From an uncultured delta proteobacterium (GTDB taxonomy: Bacteria; Desulfobacterota; Binatia; UBA9968), in contig CAWJZV010000045.1 in NCBI GenBank assembly GCA_963847445.1, positions 96,001-160,000 of the forward strand: a stretch of 64,000 nucleotides of DNA. Reading direction: 5' to 3'. This document shows positions 53,782-63,127 of the stretch, one piece after another. The notes under the pieces were generated by a model. The model was not told where the DNA came from and did not search any database. It saw nothing but the letters and a program-made list of their open reading frames with translations. The translations under genes and the position numbers were made by a program. Position 1 is the first letter of the stretch; each line of letters begins with the position of its first letter.

Positions 53782-54676
53782 TTATTTAAACAGGCCGATG
53801 GCCGGCAATGTGGCGAAGACGAAGTCGCTTAGATCGCGATCGGTGACATACAGCGAATAGTGGATACCGCTTTGATGGCAAAAACTGCGCAGCTCGGCAT
53901 TGTGATGGGCCAGCTTAGACTGATAATCGCTGGCGCGCCTCGGCGTTCCACTGATACTTGATTTCCTGCTCGGTCTCGCTGTCGACCAAGGCCAAGCTGC
54001 CGTTGGGAAAGCGCGGATCGACTTCGTGGCGCGACAGGATTTGAATGACGGCGATGTCGAGATTGAAGGCGCGCAGTAAATTCAAGCCGGGCTGATAGGA
54101 TGCCGCCGGCATCAAGAAATCAGAGATCAAGATCGCTTTGCCCGGCCGGCGCATTTTCTTCAAATGGTCGGCCAACGCGGGTGCCAGTTGCAGGGCGCCG
54201 CCTGGGGTTGCCGAGGTGGCGAAGTTGACGCAGTCGGTCATGCGCCGCCGGCCGCGATAGAATGGCGTAGTGTTGGCGCGGCTGTTCTCTTGCAGCAAGT
54301 GCAGCTTCACATGGTCGTGATTGGCGAGAACGACATAGCTCAGCGCCAGAGCGACATGAGTCGCCGGCAGAAACTTCAGTTCCCGCGACGGGTAGCCCAT
54401 GGACGCGCTGGCGTCGATGAAGACATAGGCGAACAGGTCGACTTCTTCGCGAAAAAGTTTCACGTAGAGCCGGTCGGTGCGCGCGTAGATGCCCCAGTCG
54501 AGATAACGCAAGTCGTCCCCCGGCGTGTAACGGCGGTAGTCGGCGAACTCCAAACTGGTGCCGCGCCGCGGCGACGAGTAGCTGCCCGGATGGCTACCGA
54601 GAAATTCCTTGCGCGTGCGCAGGCGCAGAGTTTCCAGCTGAGTGAGAAAGTGCGGTGTGAAGGGGCTGGGCAGCAT
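53782..54676 (-). CDS. DUF58 protein (MoxR-associated family)
   Basis: EFADYRRYTPGDDLRYLDW, DASASM, ISDF. Confidence 0.93.
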
Positions 54677-54690
54677 GTTTTCTATCCAGT

Positions 54691-55386
54691 TTACTCGACG
54701 TAGGCGATGGGGTCGATCACGCCGGCTTGGCTAAATCCTTTGACGCGCAGCTGGCAGCTATCGCATAGGCCGCAGGCGCGGCCATCTTGGCTGGGATCGT
54801 AGCAGCTCCAGGTCAGACCATAGTCGACGCCGAGCTCGATTCCTTTGGCGATGATGGCGGCCTTTGTCATGTGCAAAAGCGGCGCGTGGATTTTCAACCG
54901 GCTTTCACCTTCGACGCCCGCCTTGGTGGCGAGATTGGCCATGGCTTCAAAGGCGCGGATATATTCTTCGCGGCAGTCGGGGTAGCCGCTGTAGTCGAGC
55001 TGATTGGCGCCAAAGAAAATGTCGATGGCGCCGATGCGTTCGGCCAAGGCGAGACCGAAGGACAAAAAGATCGTGTTGCGCGCCGGCACGTAGGTCACCG
55101 GGATGCCCTGGGAGATTTCCGCTCGCGCTGCGGCTTTTGGGCACGTCGATTTGATCGGTGAGCGCCGAACCGCCGATGGCGCGCAGGTCGAAATCGATCA
55201 CCAAGTGGCTACTGGCATTCAAGAAGTCCGCGACGCGCTGCGCCGCGTCGATCTCGCAAGCGTGACGCTGGCCGTAGCGGAAGCTGAGCGCATGAATCGC
55301 GAAGCCGGCTTGTTGGGCGATAGCGCGGCGGCGGTCGCCGAATCGACGCCGCCGCTCAGCAAAACGACGGCAGGTGTGCCAGACAT
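54691..55386 (-). CDS. queC: 7-cyano-7-deazaguanine synthase
   Basis: LSGGVDS, YGQRH, TYVPARN, GYPDC, CGLCDSC. Confidence 0.95.
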
Positions 55387-55389
55387 AGA

Positions 55390-55873
55390 TTAAGAGCGCG
55401 GAACTTTGCTGCCTTCCATGGGGTAGCGTTTCTGATACCAGCCGACAATGCCTTCGTTGAGCACTTTCATGTTGCGATAACCGTTTTCGTGGAGCATGCC
55501 ATAGGCCAGACTGGCCAGGTGATGGGGGCATGCTCAATAGAGTACCACCGGCCGGTCGCGCGGAATGCTTTTTAAATATTCTTTGAATGCTGCCAGCGGA
55601 ACCGATTGGGCGCCCAGGATATGAACTTCGTCGAACTCTTCTTTGGTGCGGACGTCGATAAAGAATCGGTTTAGCGCCAGCTTTGATGTCGGCAATCAGT
55701 TGATCGATGCCGACAAACTCGGGCGTGACATCGGCCGGCAGAGTCTGTTGGGCGATACTCGGGATACTTCGACGGATCGGCATTGGCCGCCGGGCGCGAA
55801 CCCAGCAGGATCAAAGCCAGCGCGAGAGTTGCACGGCGCTACTATATGATATCCGGTCTACGGTTCGCTTCAT
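55390..55873 (-). CDS. Rhodanese-like protein, probable selenoprotein (UGA at 55534-55536), probably exported
   Basis: IDVRTKEEFDEVHILGA...RPVVLY[TGA]ACPHHLASLAYGMLHENGYRNMKVLNEGIVGW in a single frame across the TGA; indels only upstream. Confidence 0.8.
55494..55533 (-). promoter_or_regulatory. Putative bacterial SECIS hairpin
   Basis: Immediately after UGA: GCATGCC...GGCCA-GTC-TGGCC...GGCATGC; apical loop begins with G, 22 nt from the UGA. Confidence 0.65.
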
Positions 55874-56749
55874 GGTTTTAGTCCCTGGGCGGCTATATTT
55901 GCTCATTTGCGCTAACGTATCCAAGGATTGGACGCCGGTGGTACGCTGGCCGTTAATGATCCAGGTCGGATAACTTTTGAATATCCTTCTCCTTGCAGAC
56001 TGCCGCAAGCGGTCCCTGTGCGCCGCCTGGGCTGCACTCGACATAGGGAATGCGCTTGCCTGAGCTGCCGAATAACTGTTTCTGCTCGTTGCAATGCGGA
56101 CACCAGGAGGCGCCGTAAAACTTCGCCTCGGTTTTCGTCAAGTGCTCCGCTAGTCCTTTGATCCAGGGGTCTTCGGGGCCGGGGGCGTTGCCCCAGTAGC
56201 CGGCGAAGTAGAGATGCAGCGCAACGATCGATCGCGGCGCCAACGCCGACGCTCTTGACCTAACCATGGACCCCAGGAAAAGTTCGGCAAGATTCGCCGG
56301 TTTTTGCAGGGTGGTCATGATGAAGATGACCGCCATGAGGCCGAGGGAAGTGAGGCAATAGGGGCAGGCCGCCTTGAGTTCGAAAGAATGATATCGAAGT
56401 CAGGTAGAGACTAAAAAGCAGACCGAAGAGCGAGATCACCCAAGCCCAGCGCCATTGGTTGTCCGCGTAACGGTTCCAAGCCACCGCGGCGAGCAGGCCG
56501 TAGGTTAACAATCCCCAGAACGAAGTCGGCATGCCGAACGAGCGTCGACCATCGGCTGTTCAAGACGACATCGCAGCCGCTGCCTTCGACGCAGAAGGCG
56601 ACGAGCTTCTCCGCCCAGGCGGTGTAGGTGAGATAGGCGGACAAGATCATACCCAACACCGCTAGGGCGAAGAGCGGCCAGTTGGGGCCATCGCGCAGGA
56701 GCGCTTTCGCCGGTTGTTTACCTTTGGATTTTTTCTTGTCGCTAGCCAT
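55870..56749 (-). CDS. VKOR-thioredoxin fusion (disulfide bond formation; indel-broken)
   Basis: FCVEGSGCDVVLNS loop Cys pair, CPYC in TM, Trx domain YGASWCPHC...YVEC...YPTW. Confidence 0.9.
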
Positions 56750-56752
56750 CGA

Positions 56753-57400
56753 TCATCCTTTCAACAGGGTTTCAATATCGTTTCTCAGCCGCGCTAGACC
56801 ATCCATCTCGCGGCTGTCGTAGTAGCCGCGGATCTGCGCTTGCTGATCGATCAAGACAAAGCGCGGGCTATGCGGAATCATGCCGCTCTGCTCGGCGCCA
56901 GAGGGAAACGCCGCGACGCTCAAGTGAAAGCCGTCGCGGACGAGCTTGATGACTTGATCCCGCTGGCCGGTAAGAAAATACCAGCGCTGCCGATCGGCCT
57001 CATGTTTGTCGGCGTAGGCGCTTAGCACTTGCGGCGTATCCCGTTCCGGGTCGACACTGACGGATACGAATTGGACATTAGATTGCGCCGCGAACTCTTT
57101 TTGCAGCTTGGCCATGGCCGCTGTCTGCAAGGGACAGGTGTCGGTGCAGGTCGTATAAATAAAATCGGCGATCCAAATCTTGCCGCGCAGGTCGGCCAGA
57201 TTCACGTCTTTGCCACTGCGTTCGGTCAGTTTGAAATCCGGCACTGATCCATATTGCTTCAAACCATCATCGCCAGCGCGATTGACCAAGCTGATCCGCG
57301 TCTGCGGCCCGAGCTTCAGCCACAGTGCCGTGCCGAGGATCACGCCCATGGCGATGACGGCGGCACCGAGCAGAAAGAAACGGGTTTTCGGATCGTTCAT
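56753..57400 (-). CDS. SCO1/SenC copper chaperone
   Basis: FIYTTCTDTCP, VDPERDT, HSPRF. Confidence 0.93.
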   Translation of the reverse strand: MNDPKTRFFLLGAAVIAMGVILGTALWLKLGPQTRISLVNRAGDDGLKQYGSVPDFKLTERSGKDVNLADLRGKIWIADFIYTTCTDTCPLQTAAMAKLQKEFAAQSNVQFVSVSVDPERDTPQVLSAYADKHEADRQRWYFLTGQRDQVIKLVRDGFHLSVAAFPSGAEQSGMIPHSPRFVLIDQQAQIRGYYDSREMDGLARLRNDIETLLKG

Positions 57401-57795
57401 TAGTAAAGGTCAATTACGACAACGGATTTTATCGGTTAATGGGGCGTTTGTGTAGAGCGGCGGGTGGGAAATCATGACGACCGCAGGTTTGGGGGTGTTC
57501 CATAGTGGAAGTGGTTGGTTAAGGTCAATCCATACGAGCGAATAGCGGGGAAGCGATCAAAGCGAGTTTATCCGAGGAAAGCACGGACAGCCTCTTAATT
57601 AACCTGTGACCGAACCTCAGTTAACCGGGGTATTCGCCTATGAGTATAGATTGCGAAGGATTTTGATGTCCATTTTACGACGGTGGGTTGAATCCTTAGG
57701 CAGCTAGTGAATCGAGAGGGTGCTGTCCGTGGGTGTTCGAGTCACTTTAGGAACCTACCCAATATCAACGAAGGGGACCAGTGATTTGGCCGGAG

Positions 57796-58011
57796 CTAGG
57801 TGACGAAGTGCTTTGGGACATTGTTTACATTAAAGCAGCCTAGTCGTTCAAACCGGCTTTTTTCTCCGACAGTTTTTCTTAAGCAGGTGGCATTGATCTG
57901 CGATTTAAACCGTCGCGAAGCTGCGGTTCTGAGCCGCACCCCTGAAAAAGTCGAATCCACCACGTTCGATGTCCGCAGGTCGCTTTGCTTTCGTCCCAAC
58001 CACTCGGTCAC
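57796..58011 (-). mobile_element. IS256-family transposase C-terminal relic
   Basis: LRTSNVVDSTFSGVRLRTAASRRFKSQINAT resembles the IS256 motif LRTTNxxESxFxxVRxRT. Confidence 0.7.
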
Positions 58012-58165
58012 TGCCTGCTCTAACAGGCAGCTCGCGTTTCAAATCTCGAGAAAGTTACGCCTTACGATCTTCTATTTCCATACCTTTGGATAATAGCTCT
58101 CTTAAGTCCGGTCATAATAAGTGAATGGATAGAAATGGATTTTTCTCGATGACGAATCAGTTGTT

Positions 58166-60913
58166 CTAATCCCTCTGGAAAACCGTCACAGCGTTGATAT
58201 CGGATGAGCCGACATAGATATGCTTTCCGCCCGGACTCACTACAACTGCGAAGGCACCGTCGAGCCCCTTGCCGTCGGTACAGCCCCCGCCCGTGCCGTC
58301 GTCGCTCACACAGCCGGCAATGCCGCCGAGCTGAGTCAATTCACCAGTTGTCGGGTTGCGTGAAAATACCGCCACAGCGTCGCTGACGTTCGACGCCACA
58401 TAAACATGCCTACTGTCCGGAGTCACGGCTACAGAGCTGGCACCGGCAAGCCCGTTACCATCGGCACAACTCCCCCCCGTGCCGTCTTCGCTCACGCAGC
58501 CGGCAATGCCGCTGAGCTGAGTCAATTCACCAGTCGTCGGGTTGCGTGAAAATACCGCCACAGCGTTGCTGACGCTCGACGCCACATAAACATGCCTACT
58601 GTTCGGACTCACCGCCACAGAGCTGGCACCGATAAGCCCGTTACCATCGGCACAGTTCCCCCCCGTGCCGTCCTCGCTCACACAGCCGGCAATGCCGCTG
58701 AGCTGAGTCAATTCACCAGTCGTCGGGTTGCGCGAAAATACCGCGATGGCGTTGCTGATGCTCGACGCCACATAAACATGCCTACTGTTCGGACTCACCG
58801 CCACGGAGCTGGCACCGATAAGCCCGTTACCATCGGCACAGGTCCCCCCCGTGCCGTCCTCACTCACACAGCCGGCAATGCCGCTGAGCTGAGTCAATTC
58901 ACCAGTCGTCGGGTTGCGCGAAAATACCGCGATGGCGTTGCTGACGCTCGACGCCACATAAACATGCCTACTGTTCGGACTCACCGCCACAGAGCTGGCA
59001 CCGATAAGCCCGTTACCATCAGCACAGGTCCCGCCGGTGCCGTCGTCGCTCACACAGCCGGCAATGCCGCTGAGCTGAGTCAATTCTCCAGTCGTCGCAT
59101 TGCGCGAAAATGCCGCGATGGCGTTGCTACCAGCCGATGCCACATAGACATGCCGGCCGTCTGGACTCACCGCCGCAGATCTGGGGTCATCCAGCGCTTT
59201 GCCGTCTTCACAGTCAACTCCATCACCAACGTCGGCCACGCAGCCTGCGGGTGCGTCAAGCTGGGTTAGTGCTCCGGTTGTGGCATTGCGCGAAAATACC
59301 GCCAGTGCGGAGCTGCCAGAAGAGGCCACATAGAAATGCTTCCCATCGCGGCTGACGCTCAGCCCTACCGGGCCGATAAATGGTTGCTGTCTACGCAAGG
59401 GCCGTCACCGCTGTCACTCATGCAGTCCGGCCCGTTCAGCTGTGTCAGCACTCCCGTCGTCGGACTCCGGGAAAATTCCGCCACTGCGTTGCGTACCGGA
59501 AGAGGCCACGTAAGCATGTTTGCCGTCGGGACTCAGAGCCATATATCTGTTAGCAACAATTCCCTTGCCGTCAGCGCAGGTACCGCCGGTGCCATCCTCG
59601 CTCACACAGCCGGCAATGCCGCTGAGCTGAGTCAATTCGCCAGTGGTCGGGTTGCGCGAAAATACCGCCACCGCGTCGCCTCCCGACGCCACGTAGACAT
59701 GCCGACCGTCCCGGCTTAGGGCCACGGAAATGGCACCGATAAGTCCTTTGCCATCAGCACAGGTACCGCCGGTGCCATCCTCGCTCACACAGCCGGCAAT
59801 GCCGCTGAGCTGAGTCAATTCTCCAGTCGTCGCGTTGCGTGAAAATACCGCCACGGCGTTGCTGAGTTCTGATGCCACGTAGACATGCCGACCGTCCCGG
59901 CTTAGGGCGACGGATCTGACGCGGCTCAGCCCCTTGCCGTCAGCACAGGTGCCGCCTGTGCCGTCCTCGCTCACGCAGCCGGCAGTCCCGCTGAGTTGAG
60001 TCAGCGCTCCCGTCGTCGGGTTGCGTGAAAACACCGCCACCATGTTGTTGTCCAATGACCCCATATAGACGTGCCTGCCGTCCGGGCTCACTGCCACAGT
60101 CATAGCCCCAATAAGCCCTCCTCTGCCGACAGCACAGGTACCGCCTGTGCCGTCGTGGCTCACGCAGCCGGCAAGGCCGCTAAGCTGAGTCAGCTCTCCA
60201 GTCATTGCGTTGCGTGAAAACACTGCCACCGCTCCGCTGACCCGAGATGCCACATAGAGATTTTTCCCGTCCGGGCTCACCGCCGCAGATTCGCCACCTG
60301 ATAGTCCTCTACCGATGGCACAGGCCCCCCCCGTGCCGTCCTCGCTCACGCAGCCGGCAACCCCGCTAAGTTGCGTTAGCGCCCCGGTCATACGGTCGCG
60401 GGCAAATACCACCACCGAATTGGCCGTGTCGGTTACCGCGTAAACATGTTTGCCGTCCGGACTTACTGTCACAAATTCTGGAGTCACGAGTGCTCGACCA
60501 TCGCCACAGCTTCCCCCCGTACCGTCCTCACTCACGCAGCCTGTCACGTCACTCGATTGCACCAACTTACCCGTTGCTATATCGCGAGAAAACACCGCCA
60601 CTGCATTGCTAAAGTAGGAAGCCACATAAACATGTCTCCCGTCGGGGCTAACTGTTACAGTTTCGGGATACAATAGCGCCCTACCGTCGGCGCAGGTACC
60701 CCCCGTACCGTCTTCACTCACGCAGCCGGCGGTTCCTGGAGGTTGGATCAAAGCTCCCGTGGTCGCTGCCATTCCCGGAGCAACCAGGAAAGATACCAAT
60801 GTTACCGTAACCGCCATCACGACAATCTGAATTCCAGCGCTTGCGAACCAATATTCTTTCAATGTAAAGCTTCCCCGGTGTTTGGTATTTGGTATTCGTC
60901 CAAAGTTCTGCAT
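58166..60913 (-). CDS. Secreted lactonase/YVTN-like beta-propeller protein, 14 repeats of about 62 aa (frameshifted near 59400-59490; start uncertain)
   Basis: Unit TGELTQLSGIAGCVSEDGTGGTCADG..L.....VAVSPDGRHVYVAS..SNAVAVFSRN; hydrophobic N-terminal leader. Confidence 0.85.
58300..59120. repeat. Near-identical 186-bp intragenic tandem repeats
   Basis: CGGCAATGCCGCTGAGCTGAGTCAATT at 58501, 58687, 58873 and 59059. Confidence 0.95.
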
Positions 60914-61024
60914 TCCTGGTCCCCTGTTTGCCTTAAAGTCGTTGATGATGTCTAGATCGCCGTTCCTTTTGACACTTAACGTTTTTGTCTGCAAGAAGTC
61001 ATTAGGGGCAGACGCTATTCGTGA

Positions 61025-61113
61025 ACCCCTATGTCTTGTTCATCGATCACCACCGTGACATTGTTGTTCGAGTGCAGCTCGGCTCCGTATAGTTTCATCT
61101 CGGTATCCTCCTT
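61025..61113 (-). mobile_element. IS110-family transposase N-terminal relic
   Basis: AAGGAGG RBS plus MKLYGAELHSNNNVTVVIDEQD, resembling the IS110 G(I)DLH start; truncated. Confidence 0.7.
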
Positions 61114-61380
61114 CGACCATTAAATTTGATCGCTCTAACTTACGGCCTCCTCGAGAAACCGGATTGATGATTATCAAATGTTTGTAAAACCAATGCCGCA
61201 ACATCGTTGATATTCATGGGACCTCGTTTCCACCGGTAATGCCTATCCACATTACGGGACGGCTAACCGGTGCGGAAGTTGTGCGATCAACCAGTCACGT
61301 AACTGGCATAGAGCAAGGCGTGGACCGATGCATAAAATGGTTACAACTGATGAACCATTCTGTGATTTTACACTATCAAA

Positions 61381-61472
61381 GCCCCCTATGAGGGAAGGAT
61401 GGGCCTAAAAGGCCTGAAAATTATTTGCCCGCTATGAGAGCAGGCTGGGCCTAAAAAGCCTGAAGATTATTT
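61381..61472. repeat. Two tandem 46-bp direct repeats
   Basis: GCCCCCTATGAGGGAAGGATGGGCCTAAAAGGCCTGAAAATTATTT / GCCCGCTATGAGAGCAGGCTGGGCCTAAAAAGCCTGAAGATTATTT. Confidence 0.9.
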
Positions 61473-61499
61473 AACCATCTAGAAACCTAGCGTTCATGC

Positions 61500-61934
61500 C
61501 TGATCGTGCATGTAGACGGTTAGAATCGCGGGCGAGGTGTGTCGCGGTATCGCTGGCGCTGTCATGCGCACTGTTTTGAGGGGGAATCGTTATTATTCTG
61601 ATGATCGATACGCCGAAGCGAATCTGACCAAATGGATGAGGCGATTGAACGGAGAGTTCACCACCTAGTTCAACCGCCGCCATCTACGTCGCCGCCGTCT
61701 ATTCCAGGGCCGCCACAAAGCGACCCTGGTCGAACGGGACGCTTATATCTTAGAACTTTGCCCGCTGCTTTTTGTCCTCAATCCAGTCTGGGCCGCCACG
61801 GTCAAACTCCCCGGCTGTGGGCGTGGAGAAGTTACCGGGCGACGATAGGAACGACTGCGGCAACCGGCGCGGGCAACCAGGAGCGGTCTGGCCAGAAAGT
61901 AGAACGAAGTAGCTTCTCGTGCGTTATTAATTGA
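61500..61934 (+). pseudogene. REP-associated tyrosine transposase (RAYT/Y1) relic
   Basis: Across frames: WRCHAHC...MIDTP..NLTKWMRRLNGEFTT*FNRRH...LFQGRHKATLVE...VLNPV...WAWRSYRATIG. Confidence 0.78.
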
Positions 61935-61978
61935 CCTGATGTTGAAATCTCTGTGACCCGGTAATCTGCTCCCTGTAG

Positions 61979-62539
61979 TCAGCCCGGAGGAATCTTCTCG
62001 ATCAGCTTCCCATTGATGAAAAGTTCATAGCCTTTCAAACTCAATTCATAACCGCGCGGCGGGTGGTCGGACATGTCGCTGACGACTAGGTCTAGGATCA
62101 GCAGCGTCTCGGTCTTGGGCCGGACTTCGTAGGCGAGTTTGAATGGGCCAATGGTGTTTTTGACCGGGGCTTTGCGTTGGGTTTTTTTCAACACGCCGGC
62201 GGTATTCTTAATTTTCAAATGAAAGGCATCGAAGGCGCCGGCGTCTATTGGCGCGCGAAATACTTGGGCGGTTTTCTTGCCGACGTACTTGGTTAGATCG
62301 ACCGGCTCTGAAGTGACGGCGAGGTCTTTCCAGCCGGTCTGCCAGAACTTCAGACCGGGTTTTGGGCTGACGGCGATTTTATCGATGGTGACAATGAGTT
62401 TGTCAAAATCGCCGATGGCGTCGCGGTGGTCTTTGATTTGGACTTCCAGGATACCTTGTTCACGCTCGGCGGCGGGCGCGTGAGTCGATGCGCCGACGAT
62501 CAACAACAATGCGATTAGGATTTTTCCGATTCGAGCCAT
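61979..62539 (-). CDS. Secreted DUF4382-like protein
   Basis: Signal peptide; LEVQIKDHRDAIGDF..LIVTIDKI, VDLT, LILDL. Confidence 0.65.
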   Translation of the reverse strand: MARIGKILIALLLIVGASTHAPAAEREQGILEVQIKDHRDAIGDFDKLIVTIDKIAVSPKPGLKFWQTGWKDLAVTSEPVDLTKYVGKKTAQVFRAPIDAGAFDAFHLKIKNTAGVLKKTQRKAPVKNTIGPFKLAYEVRPKTETLLILDLVVSDMSDHPPRGYELSLKGYELFINGKLIEKIPPG

Positions 62540-63127
62540 TTGATGTCTTTCAGGACTTCTTTGACGAGCCACTTGTCGCCGTAGTAGTCGACGCGTCGGA
62601 TGCCCTTGGCATCGATCAGCGTTGTTAGGTTGGTGTGCTGGATCTGGCCGTTGCCGTGGTCTTTGACGTTGACGCCGAAATTTTTCCAGACTTCGGCGAG
62701 ATCATTTTGCGAGCCGGTGAGGAAGTGCCAGTGCTTCACATCGGCCTTGAATGCTTCGCGCATAGGCCTTCATCTTCGCCGGCGTGTCGCGTTTGGGGTC
62801 GGTGCTGATGCTGAGCAGTAAATAATTCTCGCGCTTCTCTTCGTCGAGGGCGCGCTGAATCGCCGCGAAGTGGGCGCTGAACAGCGGGCAGACATCCGGG
62901 CAGGTGGTGTAGACGAAAGTGACCAGGACAACTTTGCCGCTCGCCGGGTTGAAGTTAATCTTTTTGCCGGCTTGATCGATCAGCGTGAAGCTCGGCGCGG
63001 CGACGTTGGTCTCGCGCCGGCCGATCTCGCCTTTCTTGGGCGGGATGGGAATATGCGCGTGCAGCTCGGTGATCAACAAACTCAGCGCTAAGCAGTACTG
63101 CGCCAAGTACGAATCTACTTTTCGACT
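62515..63127 (-). CDS. SCO1/SenC copper chaperone (indel-broken)
   Basis: FVYTTCPDVCP, TDPKRDT, HTNLT. Confidence 0.9.

Noticed and set aside
54947-55783. 278-aa ORF in the track
   Set aside because: Chimera of rhodanese and queC pieces joined through off-frame sequence
58166-60913. CRISPR array or DGR template/variable repeats
   Set aside because: Units are 186-bp in-frame coding repeats without spacers; no cas or reverse transcriptase gene; no evident adenine-specific variation
61381-61472. Mini-CRISPR
   Set aside because: Only two abutting units and no spacer
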